Source of the DNA: Piedraia hortae CBS 480.64
Lineage: Eukaryota
Length of the DNA stretch: 64,000 bases
Reading direction: 5' to 3'
Assembly (NCBI GenBank): GCA_010093745.1
Contig: MU005958.1
Location: 558,001 to 622,000, forward strand
The position numbers and the translations under genes are program-made. Below the pieces are notes generated by a model, which saw nothing but the letters and a program-made list of their open reading frames with translations, was not told the DNA's origin and searched no databases. How positions within the stretch are numbered: position 1 is the stretch's first letter; each line of letters starts with the position of its first letter. Shown in pieces: positions 57,100 to 64,000 of this stretch.

Positions 57100-58620
57100 G
57101 CACTTCAAAGCCATCGTCTTCCGAACTTACACATCACTGCTTTCAGGTATAGTTGACATGCAACAATCTTGGACTCATCGTATTTGAACGCCTCCATGCA
57201 GGAAGATCCGTCTGACATAAGCGCTTTGAGCCTAGCTTCCCAGTGAGTTGCCGGTCTAAAAAGTGAAAACGAGGGTGCATTTTACTCCGCCTGTCTTCCA
57301 ATCTGGTCCAAGGTTCCCGTACCAAAATGACACCCGCCTCCTAGGTCAAAAGAATATCGTGAGCTGCGGATGCACGTCCAAAGTTCGCTTGTATAAACCT
57401 CACTGGGGATATCGGACGGCACGAAACGCTGCGCTATCAGCTGGTCGGATCTAGCGGGTTGCTCCGGAGATAAATGGATAGTCATACCTTTGATCGTTTG
57501 AGGCCTCGCTGGGCACTGGCGATTGACAGCTTCGTGTGGGTCAAGGCAATTGACGCATTGCGTCCTACACCCTCTCCTATCCTAGCCGTGTACACGTGCT
57601 TGCGAAACCCTTGCTGTCCAGCGATACGAATTTTTCTGATTGTGGAGTGGCTCCAAGGCTTGCGCCTCGGAGGTCGCCTTGTGCAACGTGGTGTGATTTG
57701 GTCCATTATTTATGGAGTTCAGGAGCACAAAACTAGTCCGGGACTCGTAAAAGTCTGGGTCATTGTATAAAGATTCGTCCGTCGTCTACCCCAGTGTCGG
57801 TTGTGGGTCCAATCGAACAAGCAGCTAAGTTCCTTGCCCTGGTACGTGTATTTGAAAATGCCCCTGTCTTCCGCTGCAAGTATGGCTGCGGCGAAGGAAG
57901 CAGCCATGGGCTTGCCGTTCACGTACTCGTTCCTGACCGTCGCTGTCTGTTTCTCAAGCCAGTGAAAATTTATTATCATTCTTATTATTCTTACTCCACG
58001 GGGGCATGATGGCAAGCCAGTAAAGAAGCTGTGGGATTATCCACGTAAATCCCACCTTTCATATTCGATCCACGGCCAATTTTTTGCAAATTGCCCGTCG
58101 GCATTGCCGAAAACCGGAAGCACAGTATAGCTGTCCGACGTACCTTTCTGCTTGCTGAAATAGTCTTTCAATTCCCCCTGGCCGAGTGCGATAACTGGCC
58201 CAAGAAAGTGTTCAATCTCTTTCGCTAAAACCTCATTTATCTTCCCACCTCCCGAACACGCGCGTATCGCTCGTACAAATTCTTCTGATTCTACGATTCA
58301 AATGCCCTTCGACATCGACGCGGTCAAATTTTGCTTCAATGCGAGTTTGAACCAGTATCCAGATATTTTAGCGTCTATCCTGCCATTCAGATTGTCATGG
58401 TCATGGCGTTGCGCGACTGTCCTTCCCAGGGCATACAATGCAGGTGCGCATCCTCAGTCGCGAATTGATGGGAACGCGCAGCGATTTCTTGAAATCAGTA
58501 TCTACCTCGAGATGATGCTCATCGAGAAAGGTCGGGCATCCTTCGAAAGGTTGGGATGGACGGAATGGATGCTGGCGGTAAACCGAATCTGCATCGTGTC
58601 ATAGAAATATTATCAACAGG
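57100..58620 (-). mobile_element. Possible decayed PIF/Harbinger-type DDE transposase relic
   Basis: The minus strand near 58050-58260 reads *GFSERD..YRTRPGELKDYFSKQKG..VLPVFGNADGQFAKNWPWIEYERWD, whose spacing recalls the Harbinger WGFIDGT..RP..Y..HK..PDG..GP..GR.HD core. Many stops; no TIRs identified. Confidence 0.35.
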
Positions 58621-58884
58621 AGGAAGGGATCAAGTCCCATCCCTCCGGTATGGTGAAAGGTGGAATGGTCAACAGTGTTTGATTACATATCACTATGAAG
58701 CGAGAGAAAGATTTGTGTGCCAAGCCCCAAAATCCAGCACGATCCGGACCGAACGCGACGTCCTGAGGAAAAACCCACCCCAAAATCTCAACCCAAAATG
58801 AGAAAGGTGTCCAACCCCACCTAACCCCAGACCCCTTCCCACGACACTTAAAATCATCGCCCCCTCGACGCTAAACATGTAACA

Positions 58885-58957
58885 GCCTCTATAGCTCAGT
58901 TGGTAGAGCGCGGCACTAGTAATGCCGAGGTCTTCAGTTCAAATCTGAATGGAGGCA
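58885..58957 (+). tRNA. tRNA-Thr (anticodon AGT), intronless
   Basis: Acceptor stem GCCTCTA/TGGAGGC, D arm GCTCAGTTGGTAGAGC, anticodon arm CGGCA-CTAGTAA-TGCCG, T arm TTCAG-TTCAAAT-CTGAA; oligo-T Pol III terminator near 58980-58987. Confidence 0.97.
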
Positions 58958-59487
58958 TGGAATTATTCCCCACTGTTCATTTTTTTTACCTAGTGATTAG
59001 GTGGATTTTGACGAGTCCTTTTTGCATAATGCCGGGATGATTAGATGTTCACACTGGTGTACTTCGATGTCATGTGCATGGGAAGTCATGATGGAGGAAG
59101 ACGGTGCGGCTCGATGCGTGCCAAGTGCACAACGCCTTTCCGCGCTGGGTTTCGATTCTATGCTTGGGTACCTGATTCATGGGTGCTCGGTGGGTTTTAT
59201 GTTGAATGCTCCTAATTTATAAACCTTTTTTTTTTGCTAAATGCGAGTTCGTGTATGAGGCCCTGGTCACTGAAAAAGGGGAGACATGCAGACGAAGAGG
59301 CGAGGATTAAGTCATTGTTAATCAACAGTTTGAACGAACAAGAGTCTGGCCAGTCGACGGATACCGAACGAGTGGGGAGACATGATACGAGGGAGAAAAC
59401 AGTGTTGTGGACGAAATTCGATGAGTTGAAATATACTGAAAAAGAAAAAAAGAAATTTTACACGAAGCAGACAGCACTACCATCTAC

Positions 59488-61137
59488 CTAATAAGGACGC
59501 TCGAGTTTCACGTAAGGCACAAAGTCGACTTCAACATGACACTTTCTGGCCCAGTGGATGACCTTTTCGGTGATTTTCTTACAATTGTGCAATTCAAGTG
59601 TTTTAACGGGCGTCATGCAGACGACCGACCTCACGGCTTCATTGGTGATGTTTTGGGTTCCGGAGAGGTCGACGCTTTTGATGGCCCTGTTCTCGCCGAT
59701 ACGTCTAGCGATGCGGGTGATTTCGTAATCTCCGAGGCCTTGATCGATGTGCAGACCAAGGTGGTTGATGGACTGCAGATGGGTGTGGCTGAGAATACAG
59801 TCTATGTTCATGGTGGTCGTGCAGATGGAGAGCGATTTCAGACTGAAGACGCAGGTGCCATCGCCTGACTGGAGGATCTGACGAATGTGAAACCTCCCAT
59901 GGGGGTGGAAGTCGAGGGATAGATGTTGAAGATACGGAAGGCGGTACGGGATGCCCAAACCGTGGAGGTCGCGGCTGGGGTGCTCAACACGCCCCTCAAA
60001 GTTAGTGCGCATGGCGTATTTGATAGTCAAATCGGTCACAGTTACCGAAAGGGCGAGCTGGGTGTCGTCTCTGATGATGTTTCTAAGGTCGACGTGTTTC
60101 AGAGAAATGCAGGCCTCTAGGTCAATGTGCTTCCATGACCCGTGCGTGTTCGCATCGTGGTGGACAATCAATGACTCTAGCTCGAGCAGTTGGCCACTTG
60201 CAATGAACATGGGCTCAATTTCAAACATCAACTGATTGACAATGGTGAGATGAAGCGCTTTAAGTGAAGGTGAGATGGCGAACTGGCGGAGAGTAGGGTG
60301 AGGTGAGTCGTAATGAATAGCACATCTTAGCTTCTCTAGCCTGGGGACATGTACTAGCAGCGCGTCAAGATTGCAGCAGAAAAAAGGGGGCGATTCATCC
60401 AGCTCCAGTTCACGGAGGTTGGTTGCCAGCTTCAAGCTCGCCACTAGTTCTGCGCCGCTGTTCTCCCATCGTTGTAGGGAGATTGATTCGAATGTGGGAA
60501 GGGGTCCCAACATTTCGAAGACCTCTACCGGGTTTGCCAGACGGTTGACACTCACCTTTTGGACACGATTCTGGGCGCGTGCCACCACATTGGTAATGGT
60601 CTACGTTTGAATCGGCTGCTGGGCATCCGTCATATCTGCGTTGCGCCATAGGTAGCGAGAAGAATCAACATAGCTAGCCCATTGCTTCGAGACAAGCCGC
60701 AGGCGGATAAGGGCATCGAAATCGAGCATAGCGAGAATCTTATCTGCCAGTTCGAACGGCATCTTTGTCAGCGGATCGACCTTGCGAACCCCACTGAGGA
60801 GCTCGGAGATTAAGTTATATTCCTGCATCAGTTCATCAATTTTGCCACCAGCTTCGCCAAGCCCAGTCGAGCGAGCGTTTTCAGCTGCCTCGTAACTCTG
60901 TATCGCGATCAAGGACTGGACAGCAATTAGGCGGGCTCTGCCGTCCCTGCGGTTAATGCGAATAAGGCTCTTGGCATTAGCCAACGCCGCTTCGAAGCGC
61001 CCCATCGCATAGTCATATCTCGCATGTCCATGGTAGTCTTCTACCAAGGTGTCATGGTCAACTGCGGGGTCCGGCGACGCTTGATCATCCTGACTGTTGT
61101 TAGACTCTGTAGCAGGTGGCTTAGGATCGATTTTCAT
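59488..61137 (-). CDS. TPR + F-box + LRR protein (Pof3/Dia2-like architecture) interrupted by one in-frame TAG at 60603-60601
   Basis: TPR-like FEAALANAKSLIRINRRDGRARL; F-box DPLTKMPFELADKILAMLDFDALIRLRLVSKQW..LWR; after the TAG the same frame continues for about 370 codons of LRRs (IKSVDLSGTQNITNEAV..LELHNCKKIT). Confidence 0.8.
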
Positions 61138-61404
61138 GACTGGTTCCGACGTATTACTTGGTCAAACAAGGCTTGTGCTATAAATGTGAAACCAGGATAA
61201 AGGAAAAATGCGTGGAGAGAACTGACTGAACACACGCCAACAAACAAGAGCTAGTCCCTTTCAGTTATGTTGCCTAGACATTGTGGCCAAGTGAGCCAGC
61301 ACGGAATCCATGCCCTTCTCTGCTCCCGGACCAATGAGGAACACGCCAAGAAAACAAAAGCTAACTCCATCCGGATGCGTTGTGAAAGTGTAATACCAGG
61401 TATA

Positions 61405-63007
61405 TTACCACAAGAATCTCTGCACCTTTTCCGGCTCCTGTGGCCATTGAAAACCCCAGTCGATGAAGATATAACAGGTAAGAACGTTGATCGTCAGGTA
61501 CCACAACATTTCAATGAACAGTCGTAGTCTTGGCCGAGATGTTGAGATACCTCGCGGTATATGTATTCTCCAAAAAAGCCACGGGAGGATAAAGTACCTA
61601 GGCTCGACCAGAGGCGCTGTGACCAGCTGCAGAGTAGATGTTGTCAACCAAACAAGCACGAAGCTTGTTGTCGTAGCGTGCTGGCCATCAGGTAAGAGCA
61701 GACGATTATTCGTCAACGGGCCATCCCCAAACGCTCGAATAACCAGCCATGACATTAAGCAGTAGATTGGCGTAACTGCATAACGCAACCACCAAGGCCT
61801 TAGCAAACGCTTGAAGACGTAAAAAACGTAATGACGGTTGTCGGCGAGAGTAAAGGGGTGCACAATCGTGTTTCCCCATACAGCCGCACAAGCAAGACCA
61901 ATTGCTGCAAACATCACCCATATACCGGGGCGCTGGCGGTATAGTAAAGCTAGGCTATTGGCGGACAGTGGACAAAGCAACGGCCAAGAGAAGAATGCAA
62001 GCAGTGGCCATATGTAAAGCATTTGCGGCAAGTGAAGGGTTGCAACATGGTTAGACTTGTCTCCCAGCACAACACTGCCGTTCCATACGACAAATGCAGT
62101 AAAGCAGGTCAAAAGGGCGATGAAGGGTGCAAGTGCAGCCAACAAATTGGTCAAACGCCTGAAGTTAAATAGAGTCTTAAGCAGGCATGCTGCCAAGGAA
62201 GCCATAGTTTTGATGTAATCTGCATTGTTAACTTATGGCTACAAGGGTATACAGCAAACTCACCTTCAAGGCGAGCATCCGTGGCACTTTGGTCATAGAC
62301 GACATCAAACTTCCAGCTGGACTTGGCAACATTGTACAAGCTGTCACCGAAACCATCGGCTTTTCGTAGCATGGAACATCGGACTGCATCGTGGCCCCTG
62401 TCCATCTCGCGAATGATCCTAACAGCGGCGGGGAAAATGGCAATCCAAAAAATGTTTGTCTGTCTGAAGAACAGACTGGCACTTCCGAACAGAAAAGGCA
62501 GCCAGAACCGACTCAAAAAGTCCCCACTGTAGGAATGATAGACGCATAAGTGGGACAGCATGACAAAAGCCGTGGACCAGATATCTGTGTAGTAAAGCGC
62601 CGAAAAAAAGAAAAGAGGCGGAAAAAGGGAGACATTATAGGCGCTGTATGCATCGTCTGATCCACGGAGTTTGTAGTACTTGCAAACGCAGAGTAGTATG
62701 ACGATTAGGCCAACGGCATTTGTAGCTCTGAGTGCAAAAAGACTACAATCCAGCAGGCCAGATGTCAGGGCAGACAGGATATAAAGTCCTGGAGGCGTCG
62801 TGATCTTCGAGTCCCAGATATCGAAACGTCTTGCACAGTAATGCTTTGCCTGTCGTACATGAAAGACTTCATCCTGAGAAGAGATATAAGAGACTCTCTC
62901 ACTTACGCAGAACTACATACGAGATAGGGTTCATTCAACGTTTGGTTGGCGGTTTTTAACCAAGCAGCCAAAGGCGTAAGGACAGCAGCAAGAGCAGCGG
63001 CCGTCAT
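61405..63007 (-). CDS. ALG10: Dol-P-Glc alpha-1,2-glucosyltransferase Alg10/Die2
   Basis: EPYL / [86 protein letters not shown]; two introns. Confidence 0.95.
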
Positions 63008-63120
63008 GGTTCACAGTTGTAGCCGTTGCATGTTTAAGTGGGCGTGTCTTGATTGGCTGCGTCACTCCACCAATCACGTCGCGCCTTTTAAGACCTCACG
63101 GCCACCCTAAAGCAGAGAAC

Positions 63121-63933
63121 ATGGCCTTCCCATTGCCGCAAGGCCTTGTGCCGTCTGAAGTGGCTTTTCTATGTGAAATGGAGATGGTAACAGTTATACC
63201 ACTGCAAAAGCTCGACCGTCTGCAGCTGCTGGGAGGCACTACACCCGAATTAAAGCCCGACCATCCCGCAGCGATACCCCTTTGGCTGGCAATGCTTTTA
63301 AAACGTCAGCGAAGAGCAAGAATTAATCCCCCGCCGTGGCTTTCAGTAGAGTCTCTGACACAAATTATCAAATTCGAGACGGATGAACAGACAGCCGAAG
63401 TATTCTCCCCACAGCCTGCCTTACCACGACAGACGACAGATACCCCGTTAGACAGCAATCTTTACCTTGCACATGGAACTCTGGAACCTTCGCCACCGTT
63501 CCTTAAGGACTCCAACACCGCACGGGCGCAGGCAGACGCATTGCCTTACCATTGGCTCGAAATGGGCAATATGCTACTAAGTAGCGCACCAGACGACTTT
63601 GTCGATGCGGACATTGTACGGAGATTGCTACGCGACCTACGGGATATACGTATGAGCAAGCTGAGGCGGGGTTTCAAAGACCTTGATGCCGGAGCGGGCA
63701 TTCAAATGAACGGCGTGGGCGCCATGGAAATTGCTGAGGTCAGGGGGTTTGTGAGCGGGGTTATTGATGGACTTCGGTAACTGACTATCAACGAGCAGGA
63801 TGGTTCGAGGGCTAATTGCGTTTGCAGGAGGCTCAATAAGCCGCGAGAGGAGGCCCAAGCGGAAGCTGATGATTATGACGAAGACTTTGCAAGCAGTTAC
63901 CGCCCCCAGGACGAAGACGACGACTTGATGTGA
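63121..63933 (+). CDS. PSF2: GINS complex subunit Psf2
   Basis: [69 protein letters not shown]; intron at about 63777-63828; acidic tail ending at TGA 63933. Confidence 0.95.
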
Positions 63934-64000
63934 GGCTGCGGGACGTGACGGCGGGAGTGTGGCGCATATAAATAGGTTGCGTCACAGTGTCGCACCTTTC

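Overview
Gene-dense eukaryotic DNA from a filamentous ascomycete (Pezizomycotina), inferred from short GT-AG introns with CTRAC branch sites and from White Collar-1, AcrB and Zn2Cys6 genes. About 30 protein-coding genes can be read, mostly housekeeping: SRO7 3' end, eIF3k, ASF1, KEL3, CCR4, a methyltransferase, an LYR protein, a thioesterase, acrB, wc-1, RRD2, a Ras-like GTPase, DHR2, two Zn2Cys6 factors, OCT1, MIC26, MIC12, MRPL8, eIF3f, TAF13, UTP25, a GPI-anchored repeat adhesin, an ABC1 kinase, UBC9, PEX19, a TPR/F-box/LRR protein, ALG10 and PSF2. There is also one tRNA-Thr(AGT). Four gene-poor pockets (about 4.3-6.7, 29.4-32.0, 40.9-47.2 and 56.6-58.8 kb) hold decayed sequence, including recognisable pseudogenes of a DEAH helicase and of eIF4G and probable transposon relics. 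The most notable unannotated items are: (1) a two-guide box C/D snoRNA inside the eIF3k intron; (2) a single in-frame UAG splitting an otherwise intact TPR-F-box-LRR gene; (3) a G25 tract that frameshifts the conserved C-terminus of UTP25; (4) four adjacent mitochondrial genes including two MICOS subunits; (5) a 5'-C/3'-G skew inversion inside several genes; and (6) convergent genes whose stop codons are only 3-7 bp apart. All family calls come from motif recognition by eye; no database search was run. I found no CRISPR or prokaryotic-type system and no clearly new multi-gene system.
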